DNA of 64,000 bases from Savitreella phatthalungensis (Eukaryota), in the NCBI GenBank assembly GCA_051599415.1, contig AP039706.1, forward strand, positions 1-64,000. The letters are read 5' to 3'. Made by a program: the position numbers and the translations under genes. This document shows, one piece after another, positions 44,301 to 52,940 of this stretch. Numbering within the stretch: position 1 is the first letter of the stretch; every line of letters begins with the position of its first letter. The notes beneath the pieces are model-generated. The model did not search any database and was not told where the DNA came from. It was given only the letters and a program-made list of their open reading frames with translations.

Positions 44301-45155
44301 GTCAACAGTCGTCGGCGGGAGCACAGTCGTCGAGTTGTCTGCGGCTGTCGAGTTGTCAACAGTCGTAGGCGGGAGCACAGTGGTTGAGTTGTCTGCCGCA
44401 GTCGAGTTGTCGACAGTGGCAGGGCTCGACGGGAGCACGGTGGTCGAGTTGTCTGCGGCTGTCGAGTTGTCAACAGTCGTAGGCGGAAGCACGGTGGTCG
44501 AGTTGTCTGCAGCCGTCGTGTTGTCCGCGGACACTCCACTGGTCGGCAGCGCAGTGGTCGAGTTGTCTGTGGTTGTTGTCGAGTTGTCGACAGACGTAGG
44601 TGGGAGCACGGAGGTCGAGTTGTCGGTGGTTGCAGCATTGGTCTGTGGCACAGGCGTGGTAGTAGTGGCGGGGTCCGTGATCTGACGCTTCTCGTTGGGC
44701 AAGGCGTCGCCGCAAGTCTCGGTAGTGCTCGAGCAGTCGGAGACTGTGCTGGTGGAAAGTGTTGCAGACAGACAGTCGACAACGTCAGCAGCGTTGACGA
44801 CGGCGTACAGCTTGAGATCGGTGCGGCCGATGCAAAGATTGTAGCCGGAGTATGTTAGAGAGCCGGAGTCATCCCAAGTTCCGGAATCAACGGTCGTGGC
44901 CAACGCGAATGACATGTCCGACTGGTAGACAAGGTTACCGGTGTCAGCGTTGCCATTGGCAGTCGCATCAGCCGAGAGCTTGCCGGCCGCCAAGGACCAT
45001 GCTGAGTTAGAGCACGAGCCAGAGCAAGATTGGACGGCGACCGCGCCTGCATTGTAGGCAAGCTGGCCAGTGTACTGAGTGCCATTGAATGACCAAGAGG
45101 CTGAGATGAGTGTCGTGGACACGGCGGAAGTCGTCACCGCGCCGATTGCTGGCAT
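38319..45155 (-). CDS. Large Ser/Thr-rich repetitive GPI-type cell-surface protein (adhesin/mucin-like), about 2278 aa
   Basis: Cys-containing N-terminal domain, tandem DNST repeats, SSG tracts, C-terminal SGA followed by a hydrophobic tail; first ATG at 45155. Confidence 0.85.
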   Translation of the reverse strand: MPAIGAVTTSAVSTTLISASWSFNGTQYTGQLAYNAGAVAVQSCSGSCSNSAWSLAAGKLSADATANGNADTGNLVYQSDMSFALATTVDSGTWDDSGSLTYSGYNLCIGRTDLKLYAVVNAADVVDCLSATLSTSTVSDCSSTTETCGDALPNEKRQITDPATTTTPVPQTNAATTDNSTSVLPPTSVDNSTTTTDNSTTALPTSGVSADNTTAADNSTTVLPPTTVDNSTAADNSTTVLPSSPATVDNSTAADNSTTVLPPTTVDNSTAADNSTTVLPPTTVDNSTAADNSTTVLPPTTVDNSTAADNSTTVLPPTTVDNSTAADNSTTVLPSSPATVDNSTTATDNSTVPVPTSGVSADNTTTADNSTTVLPPTTVDNSTAADNSTTVLPSSPATVDNSTTVLPPTTVDNSTAADNSTAVLPSSPATVDNSTTTTDNSTVLPTSGVSADNTTTADNSTTVLPPTTVDSTTEAVSSPTPAPVPVFDNSTSSSASEISTSASASVDSESQVSVLPSAAQNTTEVVTSPTPTPVPVFDNSTSSSASEISTSASASVDSESQVSVLPSAAQNTTEVVSTPTPAPVPVFDNSTSSSASEISTSASASVDSESQVTVLPSAAQNTTEVVTSPTPAPVPVFDNSTSSSASEISIASSVASEVSESSASASASVDSESQVTVLPSAAQNTTEVVSTPTPAPVPVFDNSTSSSASEISIASSVASEISASASASVDSESQVTVLPSAAQNTTEVVTSPTPAPVPVFDNSTSSSASEISIASSVASEISASASASASVDSESQVTVLPSAAQNTTEIVSTPTPAPLPVFDNSTSSSASEISIASSVASEVSESSASASASVDSESQVTVLPSAAQNTTEVVSTPTPAPVPVFDNSTSSSASEISIASSVASEISASASASVDSESQVTVLPSAAQNTTEIVSTPTPAPLPVFDNSTASSIASSVASEISIASSVASEISIASSVASESSASASASVDSESQVTVLPSAAQNTTEIVSTPTPAPLPVFDNSTASSIASSVASEISIASSVASEISASASASVDSESQVTVLPSAAQNTTEIVTTPTPAPLPVFDNSTASSIASSVASEISIASSVAGEISASVSASASVDSESQVTVLPSAAQNTTEIVSSPTPAPVPVSDNSTTSTVSEFSAIQTNTTSAVIEPSTSLVVPTTTMLLPTSTLPSVSVSSIASFAPDSSFLSEAPQPVTTSAPLVVNTTSLLPTVVSTDISVSSIAPSTTISLAPSVTDVPPTANVSSPVETTLPSVLSSISAITGLPSLLPSGSAVVIDSSVPTVQSSASKSSSQLAVSQTSIINPTTSIVSSATVASSLPSISGPSVVQSVIQTVVPTTFTSFTLSEVTVAVSTHTVVSTPVETSTVTSVTTVLATPAFIVLAAPSPAANAPASAPAAASMVIGSNGLVSFGGPAAPGAVVSNTTDSAPAAVIYVAPGGAIFDSTNRQMGAPIGLSGVGTVGMVEPGQPGVDYLKLDNGLQAGSQNILLLQDAPVTGSRFRRRAASNAQVLVDVNTVTAKSTPVGVAPTTTTASVPATGAPIQAAVTTSTTTTITKDPVTVLEVATQTLTSGQPLPSGYTQSGTQQVNVSTVVTSLVTSQITTQVTVTPTDLPTSDSPVSVTDVSKIDQPTSAPSATLPSSLPLSAPSSSLAVDQSLSVPVATLPSSLPLSAPSSSLPVDQSLSVPVATLPSSLPLSTPSISLPTEQPSGLPTTSLPAVPLPSGVLPSGSASASSSATSAAPIATAGSTVELSAGSLAFALGSDGRFVAVPSGQGDRLIVRDDGKLQRNGLCVIYQQVNSGFSSVAYGDCASNNAMTASGAGASFSILAPGGVSPLTVTDFVGLSKVSLSRRSLFGFSFGKRQTTTTTLVQPTTSQASSAILAGGFGAQPIALAASPVSAAAASGSDSASGSGSASSGLPGTSSSSIASSSAASSAASSATSSAASSAGAGAGAGAGAGAGAGASSSPTSSASSASVSIASSSPTSSATNAGGAGVGAGNTGSSTLATATTAAGSQQVVQVVVQVYVYLVQGTLQSTSRTITVTATPGAVASYTTTIYGPGASPVAGSNTGSSGSGSNTGSSGSSGSSSSSGSSGSSASGSSGSSGTSGTSGTSGTSGTSGSSGSSGSSGSSGSSGSSGSSGSSGSPGSSGSAASSNSGSSGSSGSSAAGSSGSAGSSGSTGSTGSSGSGSGSGSGSGSSASGATSGSGAGSAATGGSASSSSGLPVKSGASHLGASHGIALLVAIVATFATIA
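41690..43740 (-). repeat. Intragenic tandem array, about 11 units of 50-70 aa (PTPAPVPVFDNST..SEIS..VDSESQVTVLPSAAQNTTE)
   Basis: 11 QNTTE occurrences counted in the translation; high DNA identity between units. Confidence 0.9.
43741..44640 (-). repeat. Intragenic tandem array of DNST(T/A) repeats (ADNSTTVLPPTTVDNSTA-like)
   Basis: Repeated gtcgagttgtc motif every ~18-45 nt; dense N-x-T sequons. Confidence 0.9.
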
Positions 45156-48100
45156 GCCGGGCACTCAACAGGAACCGTTCGTGGATGTCGAGCAGTCGAG
45201 CAGAGAAGGCAGCAATCCCTGTTGCGTGTGGTGACCCAGCCTACGGTGAGTGGCGAGAGTGCTTGTCGAGCTAACGGAAAAGACAAGTGGTCGTGCGGAC
45301 GTCTTGATCTATATACAAGTTCCATCGCCGGACGTACCTTGGACTGCACGATGACACGGCCGATGAGCCATACATCGATACAGAACGATATGTGGATGCA
45401 TTTGGGCAGAATCTCTGTGATTGTTGCCATCTTGCAAGCGAGATAGAGCTGCAGAGGACCGGAGACGTTTCGAGGCAGACAGGTGCCAACTTCATTTCAC
45501 TGCATTGGAAATGAAGACGGTCGACCATCTTGAGAACTCTGTCTGCGACAGACGAGACATTGCGCTAGTACCGAATAGGAAGTTGACCACTTTCGTATAC
45601 CTGCAGGACGCGGGTGGTGAGACAGAGTTGCACGTAAGCGTGAACCTAGTCGAGGAATGTGAGGCTTGGCTTGGCAAGAGAGCCGGATAATTGCGTAAGG
45701 GCCCGTCGAAAAGTCGAACAGCGTTCTGGTCAGGCGTATTATCCCCGCCTCGGTCAGCATCAAGGACGGGAACCAGAGAGAAAGAGAGAGGGAGGAAGAG
45801 GAAGAGGTTGAGCGCCCCACCGAAGACCCCTTCCAGTCTCGGTCGCAATATAGGATCGATGCATCTGCCGTCGACCCGATTGCAGGTGCTGTGAAGCGGA
45901 AGACGTACGCCTCTCAGAGTGTATTCGTCGGAAATTGATTCACTGTGACTGAATCAGGAGCGTTTTCCAGACTTCTGTGGGTCTGGGTGATGAGGGCTTG
46001 ATGTCTTTGATTTCATGGGAACGGACGATATTGTTCCCTGGAGTCCAATTGGTTTTCTTCCCGGACCGTCAGTAGAACTGGCTCCTTCATCCGCATTCCC
46101 GGGTTGTGGATTTCTCGAGCTCGAGGATAAGACAGGAAGGAAACGAAGTCCAGGGACCGGGTAATTGGCGTAGAATTCTCATGACGCCGATTCCGAATTC
46201 CAGTATTGAGCGAGGAGTAATTCTCGTACGAGAGTTTCAGCCTTGTTACCTTATATTCCGCGGTATTCCTCTTTTCGACACACAAAAGATGGAGAATCAA
46301 GATGGTATGTTGTGATAGGGATATAACCATGGTTTTGGTCCCCTTCGATCCGGATGTGGTAGTACGTTCCAAATTAGTGGGACTGGCCCCAACAAGTCTC
46401 AACAGTGGCTCCGATTTTCACTGGCCCGGAGTCGAGACCAATACCCGGTGACGCCAGACAGCTTCGGATTTTCGAACGTCGAACAGCCAATTATTGAGAA
46501 GAGTTCTCGACCACTGAACTGGAACGGGCTCTCGCTGTAGCGGACTCGACCGGAAAATATCGATCGCGTCCAAGCAGTTTCCCGGCTGGGTGATACGTTG
46601 TTTCTTCCTGTGCGAATGATTGGGAATCGCTCGCGTAGGCCAGAAGCAGAGAGGCGCGCCGAGATAAGGCAGCTCGAGCCGCATAGTCCAATCTGGAAAT
46701 CGCGGATACAAGATGTAGTTGGGCAAATGCAACTGGCCAGAAAGGTTTACGCCGACGAGCGTTTGCGGTCATCACTGTGCCGCGCTATCCGCACAAAGAT
46801 CATCCCGGTCGCTGACCGTGCCTTCTGTGCACAGCAACTGAAGGATGCTCGACGAAGATGGTGATGTGTAACGAGACGAAGGCGCAAGGCGACTTCAGCC
46901 TTCCGTGCATCAACGCATCTTTGTTTGTCGAGTCATCATTCAAGGCCGGGTATGGCTACGTCAGGTGCTCCAATTTGATCACATCCGTTGCATACACCGA
47001 ACCAGTCAGTCGTTCTTGACATTGGAGAGAAGGAACCACAGACCGCAACGTACAGGACCTAAGCCTGATGTGATGCTAAAGCAGCGATGTGTTCTCTGCC
47101 AGTTCTGACCACTTCTGAAGTCTATTGTCTTGTTCATAGACGACTTCACCGCACTGCTCCCCATTGAGAGAATGCGGGAACTGCTCAAGTCAGGCATACT
47201 TTTCGTGAACTGGACTGTTACGGCTGAAGAGCTATTTGGGTCGATGGTGAGACACGGGACGCTTCCGTATGGCTATTCCTGGAAGGTTTTGTGAGCTAGG
47301 CGCTGCTCAGGACAGCATTGTCTTTTCTAGCCGTTGCAGACCTCATCCTCAAACATGGAGACAGGAAGAGGGACCGCTTGCGTGAGCAAGATGCCGTCTT
47401 GCCTGCAAACAAGTGTATGCATGCAGGCTGAATGACGTGCTAATGTGCCTTGAATTTGCGAATCGAGCGCGGTTCACATCATCGACACCTTTCTTAACGA
47501 TCTGTTAGGACGAAACAGCTCGATAGCCTTCAGCGGGTCATCTGATTTGGTGCATCAGGACAATTATCAGGTAGAGAGATGCGTAGGTAAGCTTAAGAAC
47601 AGGTTAGCCTACTGTATCAGCAGGTGGACACGTATCAGTGGATGGATGAGTGAGTGTATCGTCGGACGAACGAAGATTTGAGTCTGAGAGAGGTTCAATG
47701 ATTCAATTTGATCAGGAAAATGAGCTGGGGACATTTCAGTGCGCCTAGAATACGCGCTCTCAACAGATCCAGATATGGGATTCTGATATTTGATTTCTGG
47801 TCTTTGATCAGAGTAGGAGGTATGATAGTATGTGAGCACGTCCGTACATACGATGTGTTCGTTTCTAAAGAGCTGCGGCATGGTGATATCATGTGTGTAC
47901 ATTGCATGATATCCAAGGAATCTATTGCTCGATCATATGTGTCTTACATGTATGAGCCGCTGGAGTCATGTAGTTCAATCATGGTTGTAGTTATACACAA
48001 GTGTATAAATCAGAAATGATCATATATGCGCTTAATTGCACTGATGGACTATCAGTTCACGCCTGCGGAATAGAGATTAAATGACCTATCGTTTTCCATC

Positions 48101-50711
48101 ATTTAATTCTGGGTTAAATATCCGGATAATTCTGGGTTCGAGATAGCTACAATTTATATTGTAGCTCGATTTGTGCGGTCCCCTTTGACGAATCTAGTCT
48201 CCGTGACGGCGGCCGAGTGGTGTGTACTAACACTTTTAGCGAGAATATCATCCGCGGGACATTTCAATCTATCGCAAGATGTGATATATATCGTTGATTG
48301 ATACGACAGAGCGCATATGGTCCTGCATGCAATACGTGAATGTCCATGGCCCTAAGTGTAGGCATCTGATATCGACATTCAGCCTGAATGAAATATTGAC
48401 GAGTTAGGATGTATCATGCGTGCAGTCTAGAGCCCGTGCGGATCGTCGCTAAGCGTCCAAACCCGTGTCTCAACGATGTGTTTGCCTCTATCGAGTAGCA
48501 GCTCCATGATCCGCCGCTCCGCCCCACTCACTCACTCACTCACTCGCTCGCTCACAATGCACAATCGGCTGCCTGAGCGGAATGCACGGATGGTCCCAAC
48601 CGGTAACACGAATTTTAGACCCATCTACTTCATAGGGTCAGTTCCAAGGTTTCCGTGTTATCTGTTGAGTCCTGCTTCACAAGCGTAATTGGCAATTTGC
48701 ATGTCCGTCTGCCTGACTGTAGTTCCTGAATAGCTGAGCTGATCTGACCACCACTCTCACTTGCACAAGGTGTTTTCCTTTGGATTATTTGACTGATTGA
48801 TGCCTTCACGACGATTTACGAGCTCAATCTGACTCAGACGCAACGCTGCTCTCTCGAGAGCTTGATCAATCACAAGCAAATTTGAGGATACATTCCTGCA
48901 TGCTGCGTGCTTTTCTCTTTCGCTTCAGCCAGACAATAAGTATGTTTGAACTTCAGTCTCGTCTATGGGAGATAACGTCCTCGAGATCGTACCATGCAAG
49001 CAGATTCAAATGATGGCTCAATTCTATGGCATGTCATAGCCGCGATAACTCTGTTGACTGCTTCGTTGGTAGAAGCGGGCATTATCATCACCTTCCGGAC
49101 AATTCGTATTCCATGTTGTTGCATGAATTTTATAGAATTGTGTTCTCTAGCGAGATGACCTCTCCTGCCAATTCTCGTTCTTTTCGACTCTTAGGAGCGT
49201 CAAGTCGACGGACGGATTGACGGGAGCGCTGCGGCAGAGTTTGCAACCGCTCGGTGAGTACTCTACAGAACAGTGTCACAGTCTCTCGTGGCATAGTCTC
49301 ACTCTTCGGATCGTTCCAAGACGAAATCGCAAGTGAGATCATATCGATCAAGGCTAAGATACGAATTTCGATCACTCAATTGACGATGACGATTCCAAAT
49401 TGGGTCAAGCAATTTTATGGGTTGCACGCTCATTGGTGATATTGTTGCATATATACCGAACCCAAATGGGGTTACTGCTAATCTTCCGGAGGCACGCTAA
49501 GCAGACTGTTATGTCCAAGGCAGGGCAAAGAACCTTTGGGAGATTTTCATGGCTGCACCCACGTGGCAGTGACAGCCTGCAGACCGGCCTCACGGATCCT
49601 CAAATGGCATTTAAACCTGACTGCATTGCCCCACGTGAGCTCCTCCAGGGAAGCCCTTTAGATCTAAAGAAAATATAGTTGGAAACAGGTCGATTGTCAC
49701 GTGGACCCGTTGCGCGTTTCAATTTCGTGTTGCAAGTTGACTTGGCACTGATGCATGCGTTCATACATGCATATTCATATGTGGGCGGACGGCAAGAGAG
49801 ATGGCAAGCGGCCTGCATGGTGCCGTTCATGCACCATTTCATCGCCACGGAACTTGCCATGACCTCTGGGCGCAATCTCACGGTCAGCTACCAATTACGG
49901 GTTCATGCTATGCAAGACGCTCTTGTAACCGGAGTCCGATTAATATGAAGAGTCGGTTGACCCGGTTGCCGAGAGCTTGCCCGTGGGCGGCAACGGCAGA
50001 CCTGCATGCCTATTCAAGCCACTATTGCCGCTCAAAGAGATAGGTTGGCAGGTTCTAACGACTGACTGGCGCTTGATCCTGTCTTTCCTGGTCATGATGC
50101 TAACGGCTGACTTGCACGCAGCTTGCCCCGATGCAAGAATGTGTTTACACACAGTCAAAGAGCTGTGTCCTCTACAGTGGAAGAACACGATCATACACAG
50201 CCAGACAGGTAGATCGTGTGTCCTGGAGGTGGCCGGCACCCACTCAACCCAGAAACGCGATTGCTTTGTCTGGGCGGAAATTCCGAGTCGTGTCAAGAAA
50301 TGCCTCTGCTTACTACCGCGGACGTGCCTCGACAAGTGCGCTGCCATTCAAGGATGTCATCATAGACTTGTGGTATAGTGCTTCGGATTCAAGCGATTAC
50401 GATTTAGATGTTACGACTGTATCAAAAAGGGTGGTGCGGCTGACAAGGCTAAGAGATTTCACGCTCTTTAATAGAAGTGACCTATCGAGCACGCGGTTTT
50501 TTCCTGTCTATTCGCGGACGTGCGAGGTGAGCGATGTGACAGGAATGGTGTTGGGTTGGTCCTCGAACTGAATTGTCGAAAAGGACACCCGCCTTCCAAG
50601 GGCCGAGTTTAAGAAAAAAGGTGTGTTTGAATGTTGAAAAAGGTGAAAGAGACGACGGACTGATGTAACCTGGCGAGGCGCGCAATGCTTGACTCGCTCG
50701 TAAGCTCACGC

Positions 50712-52940
50712 TTAGAGAGCGATGGCGAAGGCGGCCGTGAGGACGGCGAGCGCACCGGTGGCGAACGACATTGACAAGGTCGATGCCGCGCCGCTGCTCC
50801 TCGGCAGGCCGGTCGTCGCAGCAGCGCCTGCGCCAGCGGCACCGGCAGCACCGGCAGCACCAGCAGCACCTGCGCCAGAACCGGCAGAGCCAGCACCAGC
50901 ACCAGCACCAGCACCAGAACCGGCAGAGCCAGCACCAGCACCAGAACCGGCAGAACCAGCACCAGCACCAGCACCAGAACCGGTCGATCCAGTACCAGAA
51001 CCGGTCGATCCAGTACCAGAGCCGGTCGATCCGGCGCCGGCGCCAGCAGCGGCGGGCGATGCGTAGATGGTTGTGGTGGCGGTGGCTGGGGATCCAGCAG
51101 CGACGGTGACGGTGGCGGTCCTGGTGGCCGAGGTCGAGACGCCGTTGACGAAGTAGATGTAGATCTGGATGATGATCTGGACGACCGGTTGGGAGCCAGC
51201 GGTAGCGGTGGCAGTGGAGCCGGCGCCTGCACCGGCGCCGCCCGAGCTGCTGCCACTGACGGTCACGGTGACGGTCGGGTTGACAACGGCGACCTGAAGG
51301 CCGACCAGGGTGACAGGAGTGGCGCCGGTAGCCTGGTTGGCGAGGATGGCGTTCTGAGCGGCAAGGGAGACTGGCGCGACAAGGGTCTGTGCAGTGGTCT
51401 GACGCTTGCGGAAGGCCACGCCGCCGAGCGCGTTCTGGTTAGCAACGATGAGGAACGAGGTTCCAGGGGTGAGGACGTTGATGGAGTAGAAGTTGCCGGT
51501 CGGAGTGGCAGTGAGGAAGGGTACGGGGGCTGAGCAGCTGTCGAACTTGACAAACTTGTAGTTCGGGCTGTTGGACTCGAAAGCAAGGCAGAGACCATTG
51601 GCAGAGAGACGACCGTCGTTGAGGACAAGCAGCTGGTCCCCGAATCCACGGGCCACGGTCTTCAAGATGGTGCTGATGATAGAGAACTCGTAGAGGCCGT
51701 TGCCAGTGGCAATGACGATCACGATGCCTGAGGATGTAGTGCCAGATGGAACGGGGAACGAGCCGGAGGCGCTGCCGGTGGGAACGATGCTGCCGGTCGG
51801 TGTTGTACCTGTGGAAGTTCCGGTTCCAGTGGGACCGACGCCAGCACCGCTGCTGCCGCCGGCTGGGACAGTGGGAGATGATCCAGAGCCAGCACCGTTA
51901 GAGGGAGAGCCAGGGCTGGTAACTCCGCCGCTCGGGAGTCCAGTGGCACGCGAGGTGCTGTTGGCAAAAGGTGCTGAACCGAAGCCGGAACCGGAGGCTC
52001 CACTGCTGGCAGGGCCGGATGTTGGTACGGCTGTGGGCGCGACAGAGTCACTGCCAGGGCCGGGAATAGAGGGACCTGGAGCGGACGAGCTAGCGCTGTC
52101 AGAAGCGCTGGCAGGGGCGCTGACAGAGGCGCTGTCTGAAGCGCTGGAAGGGGCGCTGGCAGAGGCGCTGTCTGAAGCGCTGGAAGGGGCGCTGACAGAG
52201 GCGCTGTCTGAAGCGCTGGCAGGGGTGCTGGCAGGGGTGCTGGCAGGGGCGCTGTCAGAGGCGCTGTCAGAAGCGCTGCTCGAGGCGCTGCTAGAGGCGC
52301 TGCTAGAGGCGCTGGCAGGGGCGACGCCTGTGGTCATGACCGTGATGGGCGCGTCGGAGGGTTGGTTGACGGTGTCGATAACGGGAGTAACGGCCGTGCC
52401 ACCATTGTCCTCTACGTTGGCTGGGTTGGACTCGTAAAGCTGTTGACCAGTTACAGCGCGCTTGGAAGGGAAATTTGAGCCGGGAAGGGATGTCGGAGGA
52501 TCGGCGATAAAGAGTACCCTGTCCGAGGATGGTGTGAATTGTCTGCCGCTGAGCTTGAGGAAATCGTAAGTGCCTCCAGGCTGTGTCACGATCTCCACGA
52601 TCGGGTACTCTAGGTTTGTTCCACCAGTGAGGGTGAGGTCAGCTCCGATCGGGTTACCCCCGGGGCCGAAAACCTTGCCGTCATCGGTGACGAAAAAAGG
52701 AGCGGCATCCCCATCTGCGCCAGCTCCAGAGACGACAACGATTGCGCCGTTGCTGTCAAACGCAAAGCTGGATGGGGCAGCTGAGCTACCAAAGGTGACA
52801 TAGCGGGCTGTAGCCAAGGCCGTTCCAGTGGTGGTGGACACAGGAGCTGACGAAGTTGGCAAGATTGCGGACGATGGAGCTTCAGTTGGGACCGACTGTG
52901 CGTGCGCGAGGGCCACAAGGGCGAGAGCACGTGCGAACAT
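50712..52940 (-). CDS. Secreted GPI-type Ser/Thr/Gly-rich surface protein, 742 aa, paralog of 38319-45155
   Basis: Signal peptide MFARALALVALAHA; C-terminal SSGAA followed by a hydrophobic tail; shares domains and motifs with the larger gene. Confidence 0.88.
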   Translation of the reverse strand: MFARALALVALAHAQSVPTEAPSSAILPTSSAPVSTTTGTALATARYVTFGSSAAPSSFAFDSNGAIVVVSGAGADGDAAPFFVTDDGKVFGPGGNPIGADLTLTGGTNLEYPIVEIVTQPGGTYDFLKLSGRQFTPSSDRVLFIADPPTSLPGSNFPSKRAVTGQQLYESNPANVEDNGGTAVTPVIDTVNQPSDAPITVMTTGVAPASASSSASSSASSSASDSASDSAPASTPASTPASASDSASVSAPSSASDSASASAPSSASDSASVSAPASASDSASSSAPGPSIPGPGSDSVAPTAVPTSGPASSGASGSGFGSAPFANSTSRATGLPSGGVTSPGSPSNGAGSGSSPTVPAGGSSGAGVGPTGTGTSTGTTPTGSIVPTGSASGSFPVPSGTTSSGIVIVIATGNGLYEFSIISTILKTVARGFGDQLLVLNDGRLSANGLCLAFESNSPNYKFVKFDSCSAPVPFLTATPTGNFYSINVLTPGTSFLIVANQNALGGVAFRKRQTTAQTLVAPVSLAAQNAILANQATGATPVTLVGLQVAVVNPTVTVTVSGSSSGGAGAGAGSTATATAGSQPVVQIIIQIYIYFVNGVSTSATRTATVTVAAGSPATATTTIYASPAAAGAGAGSTGSGTGSTGSGTGSTGSGAGAGAGSAGSGAGAGSAGSGAGAGAGAGSAGSGAGAAGAAGAAGAAGAGAAATTGLPRSSGAASTLSMSFATGALAVLTAAFAIAL

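Noticed and set aside
38084..44782. Long antisense and alternate-frame ORFs over the giant surface gene (also over 50609-53112)
   Set aside because: Expected shadows of repetitive, codon-biased Ser/Thr/Gly-rich CDS
47000..47170. VVYEQDN peptide on the minus strand resembling a Tc1/IS630 DDE motif
   Set aside because: No other catalytic motifs or terminal inverted repeats found; too short to support
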